Positions 45,618-56,400 of a stretch of 64,000 bases of DNA are shown piece by piece. The DNA is from Caecitellus pseudoparvulus. Its lineage: Eukaryota; Protista; Bigyra: Bicosoecida. A program made the translations under genes and the position numbers. The number at the start of each line of letters is the position of its first letter. The first letter of the stretch is position 1. The stretch lies in assembly GCA_965644315.1 (NCBI GenBank), contig CBFFRQ010000068.1, positions 930,001 through 994,000 on the forward strand, given 5' to 3'. The notes under the pieces were generated by a model. It saw only the letters and a program-made list of their open reading frames with translations, had not been told where the DNA came from and searched no databases.

Positions 45618-47070
45618 CAAAGCAGGCCCCGGGCACCTGCTGAGACGACAGTTGCAGATTTGCGGGCGATCCACCACGTTGCTGCTGTGTGCAACCCCTT
45701 GTCCAGCATGGACATGATTGTCAGAGTACCACCCACGATGGCACACAATGAAGTCAGGAAGTGCCCCAAGGACCGTGAGCGCTCCTGGATGGCGACGCGC
45801 ACTGGGGCAAAGTCGTAGTTGATGTACACCCCCGGCAGGCCAGCCGCAGAAGAGGGCTCCAGGTGTTTGAAGTGCTGCGTCACGCTGTACTGGTTGCTGG
45901 AGGTGCTGCGACCTCGAAGGTCTGTGTAGTCGGTGGGTACGACCTTCAAGTAGTACTGGTGTGCACCTGCCACCCCCTCTGGCAGTACCTCCGAGTGCCC
46001 ATTCAGTGGTTCGGGCCTGTCTGGCACAGATGGGCCGAAAGCAAGGGTGTTCCACGTGTGGGTATTGTTAAAGTGCTTGAAGGCGAACTCAGCTAGGTCT
46101 CGCACGTGAGTGTGGGCAAGTGCAAAGCTGTGGCTGGGGGCAAAGTGCACCTCACCCTTCACCTTGGGCACCTCCACGTACCCGAGCAGCTTGCAGCCTT
46201 CGTGGCCTGTCAACTGCAGTTCTGCGATGAAGCCAGCCTGTTGGCATTGCTCAATGCCAGCTGGGTCGAAGCTCCAACCCTTCTTGCGGTACAGCACCCG
46301 CACACTCTCACACGAGTCACAGCACTCCCCTGGGTCCCCGGCACCGTAGCATGGGCCACACTTGCCATTGGATCCCGCCCCCTCCTCCCGGATCTGCCCG
46401 TGCCCGTCCCCGTGCAGGCGCGTGTCCTCCCCCTTCTCAATCGCTTCCCGTCGATGCGCGTGCAGCGCGTCCGAGCCAGTGACGGTCTTGCCAATGTTGC
46501 TGATGGTGCCAGCACCCACTGCCATGCCATTTGAGTCCAGCCTCCGCTTGGTGACGTGGGACATGATGTCTGTGTGCGGCGTGCCGCTGCTGTCTGTTGC
46601 TCCCACACTCACAGCTGCACAGGGAGTGCTGCGAGCACGGGGGAGGGCAGATGCACCACGCTAGCGAGACATGGGGCACAAGCAGGTACTTACGATGGAA
46701 ACACGACATCGAAGTTTATCCTCAGTTTCTTGCTGGTGCTGTCGTCCACTCTCATGGTCTCCACTTTCTCCTGCGCTTGCGGAAATTCGGTCAGGTGGGC
46801 GCAGCCACCACCCCCGCTACAGGGCGCCGCTCAACTCACCACAGAAAAGTACCACGTGATCTGGGATATGGTCATGATGAACACAAGCGACGCCGCGCAT
46901 ACGGTCACTGCAACGGCCGGGAAACCCCAGAGGGTGAACATGGCACGTGGCCCTGGCTCTGAGCACAGCACCTGCTCACCTGCCGCCCCAGTGCCTGTCT
47001 GCACCCTGTACTCATCATTGACCTTTCCATGCACATCAAGCGCTTTCAGACGATCCATGATGGACGGCAT
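45617..47070 (-). CDS. ERGIC3: ERGIC3/Erv46-family ER-Golgi protein; introns 46908-46979, 46771-46839, 46629-46693
   Basis: LKALDVHGKVNDEYRVQTGTGA, CGPCYGA...CCDSCESVR..YRKKGW, EGCKL.G...V.KVKGEVHFAP, QYYLKVVPT, NQYSVT, LPGVY, FLTSLCAIVGG. Confidence 0.93.
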
Positions 47071-47531
47071 GGCGGCCTTGCACTCGATGAGCGGGCAAGT
47101 TGAGCGCCAGATCAAGGGACGGAGCACGGTACAGAGTCAAACTCGCGAGGCTCGCTGCGCGCCGAGGAAGCTGGACGACTGATACACACAGAAACGAGAC
47201 TGGTCCCAAAGACAACAAGCTTGTATTAGCGAGTTGTTTGTCTTGTATATGTGTGGCATGATTTGGGAGATTTCTACCAATGGATAGCAAGCAGCCTAGA
47301 ATCCAACGACGCAGCTAAGTACGAGCGGCTACTAGTTCAGCAATGAAACCACACGCAGCTTCTTTCACTTTCCCCAGCCCGGTATGCTACGACATCTCCA
47401 CACCCTCCTCAAATCGACTAGCAAAGGCGCCCACTCGCCTTAGGTTAGGTACCGCCCCAACCCTGACTTGCCGGTTGTTTCTTCGCGGTGGCGTGTCTGG
47501 CAAGTATTTGGCCGGTTGCTCCAGTTCAAGC

Positions 47532-48153
47532 ATGGCTGCGACATGGGGCCGCAGCTTGCTTCAAGTTGAGACTGGCATCGGCTGCTTGAAAATTGTGTGC
47601 TTGTCTTCTTCAGAGAGCGTTCACCGGAGGCTGCGGCGCTCACAGGGCTCGGTACAGGTGAGGTCTGGTTGGCCGCAGTTTTGTCTGCGTTTCGCATACA
47701 GTTGGCGCCTGCTACTCTTCCCAGGAGCTTGTTGCCGAAGTGCTGCGTGTCTTCGAGAAGGTGCTGGCACCAGTTCGCTCGCAATTGACAGACGATGCCG
47801 GGGTAGATGCGTTAGATGACCCTGTGGCGTTGCGGGAGCTGCTGCAAGGTTTGCTGGGTCTGGGAGGCTCGCAAAGTGCTGCACCCTCCTCAAGCTACAA
47901 GGTGTCCACGCCCAAGCTCACTGGCACTGCGATGTTCAGGGCAGCGCCAGAGTTCCATCCTGTCCTTTGCCTCGGACCTGTGACGGTTGCTGCGCAGGGG
48001 GTGCAGGAGGTGCATGCAGAGCCAGTGCAGCATTTGCCTGTCGAGGTTGTCCTGCGCCTGGAGCCACGACAAGGCAAAGGTGGACACAAGCGACCCCAAG
48101 AAGTTGCTCCGGCAGCCCCTAACCCGAAGTCCAAGCGCACCAGTGCGCTTTAG
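47532..48153 (+). CDS. Hypothetical protein (about 184 aa); intron 47658-47724
   Basis: A 67-nt CAG|GTGAGG...CCCAG intron joins an ATG exon in frame to ORF 47740-48153. No family recognised. Confidence 0.55.
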
Positions 48154-48415
48154 TCACGGGAGGCCCGTTGTGCACTGCTCGGCGCCAGTGATGGGAGAAG
48201 GCCAGCAAGCCTTCGAGAAGTGCGAGGCGGCACTGTGAAGCACAATTTTCACTCTGAGAGCATGTCTTGGTCTTCATGCTGCGGCAGACTGCCGCTGAAT
48301 GCATACGCTGCCCGGCAGATGCGAAGCGTACCACAAAATTCGAGCAGCTGGGGCTGTGCAGGCAGGTTCCCTGTTCGCCCCTGTCGAGATAACGCCCCCC
48401 TCCCAAGGCATAGCT

Positions 48416-50143
48416 ATGGATTTCATTGATCTTGTGCTGGTGCTCGTCTTGGTTTTAGGCGTGGCAGCGGCGCTCACTCGACTTCGAAGCCATGCTGCCC
48501 CACTTGCCAAACGGGAAGACCCTCCGATGTGGGATCCTGAAGGCGGTCGTGGTCGTGCATGGCAACAAGTGCCACACACACCACATGGCGGTAAGCTGAA
48601 GGCCCCGAACCACGCTCATGCGAACGCTGGCGCAGGCCAGGCAGCACACCTGCGGTGGCGAGGTCCAGACGAAACGCGCCCGAAACCCGCGCAAATCTTC
48701 TCACCCACCCCTGCTGGGCCCTTTGGACATTCCGCGACAACACCCCACCCACATGGACACACACCCGCACAATCACCCCCCCTTGTCGTCCAAGGGTGGA
48801 GTCCTCGGCCTGAAGTGCGAGGGGGTGGTGCAAAGCCAGCCGATGGCGCACATTGGGCCTCACCACCTCTCGGCCCAACCGCGCCCGCTCAAGGAGGGGG
48901 GGCACCCATGGTGCAAGCCCAGCAAGGCGTCGCTCCCAATGTCAGTTCTCCTCTGCAGCCTGCTCACATGCCCCCCCCTCCTCGACAAGGGCCCCCGCTG
49001 GGTCCCGTGGACGTCGGGTCCTCAAGCCAGCAACCCCCCTCTGTGCCCATGCAGCCTCCAAGGCAGGGACAGAGTCATGCTCCTGACGCGCCACCAGCCC
49101 AGCCTGCCCATGCTCAGGAGCGAGCACCGCGCCCAGCCGTCCAACAAGCCCCGGGGGTGCACCTGCCCAGACCTGGCCGGCAAGGCAGCACGCCCCTCCA
49201 CGTGGCAGCAGCCCAAGCCGCAGCCAGCGCCTCTCTCGCCAGCCAGGCGCCAGAAGCTCGCTTGCCGAGTGGAGACACGGAGATAGAGTACAGTGCGTTG
49301 AAGCTAGGCGCCCTTGTGGGGCAAGGTGCTTTCGGTCGGGTGTACGAAGGCCGGTGGCGGGGCAGCCCTGTGGCTGTGAAGCTCCTCGCCGTGCCGTCTC
49401 TGACACAGGAGCTAGTGGAGGAGTTCCGAGGGGAGGCCAAGGTGATGGCTGCTTTGAGGCACCCGAATGTCGTGCTTTTCATGGGCGTCTGCAGCACCGC
49501 GCCGCACTACGCCATTGTGACGGAGTACATTAGCCGTGGGTCTCTATGGGGCGTCCTGCACGCTGCAGATAGTGCAGGAGCAGTGCCGACTGCATCTTCA
49601 AGTGGTGGCAGCACCGGGTCAGACTGGGACCCGCGCCTGCCAGGGAAGGTGCCGTGGAAGCTGCTGCTGCGCATGGCACTGGACGCAGCGCGGGGCATGG
49701 CCTTCCTGCACTCAGCGTCGCCCCCCCTACTACACCGCGACTTGAAGTCAGGCAACCTCCTCGTGGGTGATGCATGGAACGTCAAGCTGACAGACTTTGG
49801 CCTGACCCGCGTGCGTGCTTATGCTGCCACCATGACGGGCAGTGTTGGCACCTGCCAGTGGATGGCCAATGAGGTGCTGGCCCAAGCACGCTACACTGAA
49901 AAGGCAGACGTGTACTCGTTTGGCATTGTGTTGTGGGAGCTGGTTACGCGAGAGTGCCCGTACAACCACATCCCTTCCTCTGTGCAAGTCGCAGTGGCGG
50001 TGCTGAAGGATGGCATCCGTCCCTTGGTGCCGCCTTCCACACCCTCGGCCCTGGCGTCCCTGATGCAAGCATGCTGGGACCCTGTGCCGGAGGCTCGCCC
50101 CAGCATGGAGCAGGTTCTGGAGGCTCTCGAGGCCATGCAGTAG
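48416..50143 (+). CDS. TKL (Raf-like, CTR1/EDR1-type) protein kinase with N-terminal membrane anchor
   Basis: GQGAFGRV, VAVK, LRHPNVVLFMG, HRDLKSGNLL, DFG, GTCQWMANE, EKADVYSFGIVLWEL; N-terminus MDFIDLVLVLVLVLGVAAAL. Confidence 0.93.
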   Translation: MDFIDLVLVLVLVLGVAAALTRLRSHAAPLAKREDPPMWDPEGGRGRAWQQVPHTPHGGKLKAPNHAHANAGAGQAAHLRWRGPDETRPKPAQIFSPTPAGPFGHSATTPHPHGHTPAQSPPLVVQGWSPRPEVRGGGAKPADGAHWASPPLGPTAPAQGGGAPMVQAQQGVAPNVSSPLQPAHMPPPPRQGPPLGPVDVGSSSQQPPSVPMQPPRQGQSHAPDAPPAQPAHAQERAPRPAVQQAPGVHLPRPGRQGSTPLHVAAAQAAASASLASQAPEARLPSGDTEIEYSALKLGALVGQGAFGRVYEGRWRGSPVAVKLLAVPSLTQELVEEFRGEAKVMAALRHPNVVLFMGVCSTAPHYAIVTEYISRGSLWGVLHAADSAGAVPTASSSGGSTGSDWDPRLPGKVPWKLLLRMALDAARGMAFLHSASPPLLHRDLKSGNLLVGDAWNVKLTDFGLTRVRAYAATMTGSVGTCQWMANEVLAQARYTEKADVYSFGIVLWELVTRECPYNHIPSSVQVAVAVLKDGIRPLVPPSTPSALASLMQACWDPVPEARPSMEQVLEALEAMQ

Positions 50144-50417
50144 GCATGATAGCTGACGCGCGGGGTGGCTGCTGGCGCACGATCCGAGCCGCTCCCTCAA
50201 TTCAATGTCCACCAGACTTGCCAAAATCCTCTGCTCCTGGCATTCGTGCAGCTTGCCTTGTTGATGGTCGCTTCGCATGCGCTTGAGAGCTTGTGCAGTC
50301 CAGCAAACGGTGAAGGACTACCTGCTTGGGCACTTGAAAGCTCGGCACGGCTTGGGCCACCAGCTGCTGCACAGGGTCCAAACGAGGAAGTTCTGACAAG
50401 TACCAACACCTATCTGC

Positions 50418-53400
50418 ATGTCTGATCACCCCCGCGTTGACGCTGCTCGGGCTGCAAGTCCGCGGAAAGTTCGTGGCATCAGTCGCAGCGACAGTGCAGC
50501 ACGCCACCCAACCACGGCCGCCTCTCGAGCACTGCCAGAATTGCCATCACTGAATTCGTTGCACACGCCACTCTTAGCTGAGCGTCGGCGGGCTCGCACG
50601 CCAGCTTCTGGCACCCTCCCGTCCTTGCCGCCACTGAGTGCGGTCTCTGCGCCGCGCAGCAGTCCTGGCCAGCACGTCTCAACAGCGGGAGACACAGGGA
50701 GGCGCCTGCCGTTCACACCGCCCGCACACATGGACAGACAAGATGCGCGGCAAAGCGAGCAGCCACCCCCACCCCCCAGAGCTGGCGGGGTCGATTCAAC
50801 GGCTGTGTCTTCCAGAGTGCTCGGCGCCGCAGCTACGTTGGAGCGAGCGCGAGCCATGCTGCGAGAGCGAGATGGTTGGGGGGCAGACTCACCTTCAAGT
50901 CACCTGTCCCCCCACGATGCAGTGACCATTCACTCCATGTGGCAGCAGTCTGTCCCAGACCTTGCCGTGTCGCTGGGAGGGGGTGGTCGCTTTGTGCCCG
51001 AGGCGTTTGACTCTGACTCCAGGCAACGCATGGCGTTCATTCCCACACCTTCACAAGGGGTGCAACCACACTCTGTTGAAGCCGCGGTGCATGCCTTCTA
51101 CGCATCGCGGCAACAGCATGCCCCTGAGACTCCGCCCTTCACCGCGACGCCCATCTCCTCGGCGTGGAAGCCCTTGCATGCAGGCGTGCATCGCCAGGCA
51201 CCCCGGCACTCCACGACCCCACAGCAAGCCGAGCCTTCGCCATCTCAGCAAGCACCCCCTCCTACAATATCAGCTGCTGCTATCCTGCAGGATGGTGGTG
51301 CGTCACCTCCTGGAGGAGAGGCTGAGCCACAACCTCAAGCGGGATGGCATGGGTGGTATCGAGTTCCGTTGCCACCCGGCTTTGGGTTGCAGACTGCACC
51401 ACCAACCACGGTATCAACCACTCCAAAGCCGTTTTTGACGGCTCCTTCGCCTGGTCGAACATCTGGTTTCGTCCCGTCCCGTCCTCTTGGCGGTGGTCAA
51501 GTGCCAGCTCCAGCCAGCTCCTCGCCACCGCTACCGGGGCAAGATTTGGTGCAAAGAACATCACCCCAGCAGCTGGACCACGATGATGAAGTGGTTGTGC
51601 GTAGAATGGCACCGGGGGGGTATGCGGTGGCGTCTTTCGGGCCCCGAGGCGGAGAGACGAAGCTGGTGCCCGACGCAAAGTCTGCCGGCACTCGAACACT
51701 GGACGAGGCGAGCAAAGCAGCGCAAAGAGATTCCCCTTCAAACTCAAAGTTATCCATTCCACGTCCAGTTTCTGTTGCAAGAGGCGTTGTGGACGATTTT
51801 AGGGCCAATGCGCGAGCAGAGGCCGAGCGAAAGCGTGAGCTGGACGCCACAGACTTTGACGGGCCGCAAGCCGGCGCTTTGGCCAAGAGCCCACCCAAGA
51901 CAAAACCAACATTGAGCCTTTCTGGAGCAGTTGTGACGATTGCCATCGTGGCTGACAATGGCGGGTCTCGCCGCGCTGAGGTGCCCGCAAGTCGGCCACT
52001 CGGCGCACACCCGTACCACCCCACGCAAGACGAACTGGAAGCTGCTGCACTCCGCCACGCAAGCCAGGAAGGTGTTGATGCAGCACGGCCTTCCATCTCT
52101 GGTCCTGTGCGCCTGCAACAGACTGGACCGTCCACGTTGCTGCCAGGCACCACTGGCGGTGAGCCTGCCTCACGTGAAGAGCGACAGCCTCTGAGTGTCC
52201 CATGCGCCCCGCTGCACGAAAAGAAGCGAGAGGATGCACTGACAGATCAGAGGAGTCGGGAATCAGGCGCAGTTAGAGGAGTTCCTCCAGTTTCCGACGC
52301 GCCCGAAGACCACGCTGTGCATGCCCCACCACCACCACCGGATCAGGCAAGCAAGTCACTTGCCACACCCCCCCCCAGCCCTTCTGCAGACCAAGAGAAA
52401 GCGGCAAGGCCAAAGCGCACGACACCACCAAAGCCTTCCACGCAGAGTATACCCAAGGCTGCGACTTCTCCGCCAACCTCTGCTGCCACTGTGCCTGCTC
52501 CCGCGCCACGTCCACCTGCCCTGGGGCACGCAAGCGACCGGGCGAAACCCGACCCGCAGGCAATTGATGTGGCTGTGGCTACTCAGGGTGGGGTTTTGCC
52601 GTCAGACGAGGGGACTGAGCCAGAGCTTGATGCGGCCCAGTTGGCCCAAGCTTTGCTGCACGTGAAGCAGTACTGGCAAGTGTGCCAAGAGCTGGGCTCC
52701 TCTGAGGCAAGCTTCACAAACACGCTGCAGCAGTGCATCGCGGACTACCACGACCCGCTCGAGCAGTGCAGCGAGGGGGCCGCGAGTGGTGGGCAGTCCA
52801 CAAGCTTGCTTGCTTCCCTCATGAAAGGGCTGCGGGCTGATCCAGTTGGCCCCTTGCTAGAGCCCATGGACGTCTTCACACTCTTTGGAGACATCCCCCT
52901 CCTGATTGAGCTGGGGAGACTGTTGGCTGTCAGAGTCGGCAAGGACGGCCGTGGTGGACTGGGGGCGCTGCAAGGGCTCCTGCCGCTGTTGGGCGTGTAT
53001 CGATCCTACGTTATCAACTTCTCCGCTGCTTCGTCAGTGCTGCAGACTTGCTTGGACGCTGCATCAGCCCCCGACCTTGCCAAGCGCTGGGAAGCGGTGA
53101 AGTGGACGGGATCCACCGCCGGCAAGGACCCACTGTCAGTCTTCACCCAGCTTGGCTCCATGCTCATCACCCCCGTTCAGCGCCCCATGCGCTACAAGCT
53201 GCTCGTGGAAAGCATCATGAAGCATGCAGAGAAGCTCTCCACCCTCTGTGCGGCGAATCCACAGCTGACGAGTCGCGCAGACGTTTCTGCAGTGTTGGAT
53301 CAAGCAGGTCAGTGGAAGCCAGTGCTGCAGGAACTCAGCGCCCTGTGTGACGACATGAACAAAGCCATCGCGATTCGCGACTCGCACGAACAGATGCGTG

Positions 53401-56400
53401 CGCTTCGGAGGCTTCTTGTGCACTCCTACACCGCGACTCCTGCTGGCACCAGCGAGTGCCACCCTGCCTTTCTGGCGACGCTTCCCCCACGCCACCGCGT
53501 GGTGCATTGGTCAGGGCAGGTTTCCTTGCACCGCATTGGATCCTCAGGATCAAAAGGGGAAGCCATCTTGCACGTGTGCTCCGATGGCCTCTTGCTCCAC
53601 TCCGCTCGCAATGCTCTTCCGCTGGACCGCCTTGCCGAGCGCCAGCGCCGAGCCAAGGATGGCAAGCTGCCGGCCGAGGCGATTCCTAATTTCATCTTGG
53701 GAGAGAGCTCGCTGCCGCCATCAACAACACCAACTTTGCCAAGGGCAGCATTTGATTTCAAATCAGCTGGCTCTGCAGCGCTTGCTGTTCCCTTTTCAGG
53801 TGAGGTGGCGGGACCCATCAGCGTCTTGGTTGCTTCGTCTCGAATCCCGACCCCAGTTCCGGAGGAGCTCGTCCCTGCTGGAACAGTGGGCAAGCCCAAC
53901 GTGCTGATTCTCTCGTATCAGCGCGTGGTGGCAGCTTATCTGGCCGCTATGGGCACTTCCACAGCGCATGGTGCTGCTCCTGATGACATCTGGGCGATGG
54001 GGCAAGGCGCGCTGGAGTCAGGGCTTCAGGAGTGTTCGTGCAACTTTGATGATATTCAGCTGACCTTATCCACACCTGGGCGGGGTCAAGCGGACTACGT
54101 TGTTGAGAGCACTAGTTCGCTGAAACTTGTCTTGGGTTTCATTTCTCACTGTTGCACAGTAGCAAAAGCGCTGCATGGGGTTCTGTATTCACCGAACCCG
54201 CCCTCCCTTACAAGCTTGGGAGATTGCCGCCCATCGAAACTTGCTCAAGTTACATCAGAAGCCACACTTGGCCAGCGAACGAAGGTCACTGCAGATAAAC
54301 TTGCGGGTGTGCAGCTTGCGCTTATGAGCAGTGAAGAAGACGTCCGAAGCTACCTGGAGAAGGCGCTGCAAGTTGCAGCGGTGGGCACTGCAGAGCGTTC
54401 CTCCACATCGGCCTCCCGCCTTGCCTACAGGCGCTCCTCTGCTTCTTCCATCGCGTTGCAGGAGCTGCAAAGTCCAGGTGCCCCAACGCATGAGGCGGTC
54501 AGCGAGTCAAACCAGCGCACCGAAGCGCGAGCAACCCACTCACACGTAGAGTTACGTTTGAGTGAGATTGCAGCGAAACGCAGTGCCCTTGAGCGTGACG
54601 CCGCTCTCCTTACCAAAGAGCTGGACGCGCTTTCCTTGGTGCACCAGCTCTATGTTCCGATGGCAGACCTAGGTAGGCTCCGAGCGGAAGAGGCTGCAGC
54701 GGTGGCCAGCGGCAAGTTGCCGTGCTTTTTCGACGAGTATGCTGCCTCCAATTGCGCACACTCTGCTCCACCTCCAGCCACCCGCCGGGCCCTTGAAGCC
54801 GCCGCTGAAGTGGAAGAGGCCAGTGGCGGTACGAAGACAGTTTGGTCCATGATTTTCGGGAGCAAGCCCAAGGGCGCACAGAATCCTGCACCTCGACCTG
54901 CTGCTAGGGCTCGTTCACCAGTCGCGCCCCAACGAAGAGGGGGAGTGGCAGTGGGGACTGTCGCAAGTTCAGTCCCCAAAGCAGAGAACCGGCAGCCAGC
55001 GCCCACAACTAAATCATCAGTAGACCTTGCTCCCCCTTCGACTACCATATCAGAGGTTTCGTCTGGTGAGGAGTATGCACTTGATGAGCCACCACGTCAT
55101 CCTTCACCTGTGGAACCAGGAGATTCCCAAACAGCTGCACCACATGCTGCCGGAAGCCAGCGTGCACAAACAAGTCAAGATAGCACTGTTTCGTTATCCG
55201 ACGGTTCGCCCGAGCTAGGTATCGCTGGTGACGTACAGGCGGTGCCCGGTCGTGGTGCGCCAGGTGCGGGCGCATCAGGGCCCGGTCGTGGTGCGCCAGG
55301 CGTGGTGAAGGCGGTGCCGGGTCGTGGTGCGCCAGGTGCGGGTGCATCAGGGCCCGGTCGTGGTGCGCCAGGCGTGGTGAAGGCGGTGCCCGGTCGTGGT
55401 GCGCCAGGTGCGGGTGCATCAGGGCCCGGTCGTGGTGCGCCAGGCGTGGTGAAGGCGGTGCCCGGTCGTGGTGCGCCAGGCGTGGTGAAGGCGGTGCCCG
55501 GTCGTGGTGCGCCAGGCGTGGTGAAGGCGGTGCCCGGTCGTGGTGCGCCAGGCGTGGTGAAGGCGGTGCCCGGTCGTGGTGCGCCAGGCGTGGTGAAGGC
55601 GGTGCCCGGTCGTGGTGCGCCAGGCGTGGTGAAGGCGGTGCCCGGTCGTGGTGCGCCAGGTGCGGGTGCATCAGGGCCCGGTCGTGGTGCGCCAGGCGTG
55701 GTGAAGGCGGTGCCGGGTCGTGGTGCGCCAGGTGCGGGTGCATCAGGGCCCGGTCGTGGTGCGCCAGGCGTGGTGAAGGCGGTGCCCGGTCGTGGTGCGC
55801 CAGGTGCGGGTGCATCAGGGCCCGGTCGTGGTGCGCCAGGCGTGGTGAAGGCGGTGCCGGGTCGTGGTGCGCCAGGCGTGGTGAAGGCGGTGCCGGGTCG
55901 TGGTGCGCCAAGCGTGGTGAAGGCGGTGCCCGGTCGTGGTGCGCCAGGCGCGGGTGCATCAGGGCCCGGTCGTGGTGCGCCAGGCGTGGTGAAGGCGGTG
56001 CCGGGTCGTGGTGCGCCAGGCGTGGTGAAGGCGGTGCCCGGTCGTGGTGCGCCAGGTGCGGGCGCATCAGGGCCCGGTCGTGGTGCGCCAGGCGTGGTGA
56101 AGGCGGTGCCCGGTCGTGGTGCGCCAGGTGCGGGTGCATCAGGGCCCGGTCGTGGTGCGCCAGGCGTGGTGAAGGCGGTGCCCGGTCGTGGTGCGCCAGG
56201 TGCGGGTGCATCAGGGCCCGGTCGTGGTGCGCCAGGCGTGGTGAAGGCGGTGCCGGGTCGTGGTGCGCCAGGCGTGGTGAAGGCGGTGCCGGGTCGTGGT
56301 GCGCCAGGTGCGGGCGCATCAGGGCCTGGTCGTGGTGCGCCAGGCGTGGTGAAGGCGGTGCCGGGTCGTGGTGCGCCAGGCGTGGTGAAGGCGGTGCCGG

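Noticed and set aside
46813-46829. GCGCCCTGTAGCGG on the minus strand resembles the f1 phage origin (vector contamination)
   Set aside because: The match is only about 14 nt, lies inside a normal ERGIC3 intron and does not extend.
47440-47465. Telomere-like ttaggttagg
   Set aside because: Only two 5-mers, not an array.
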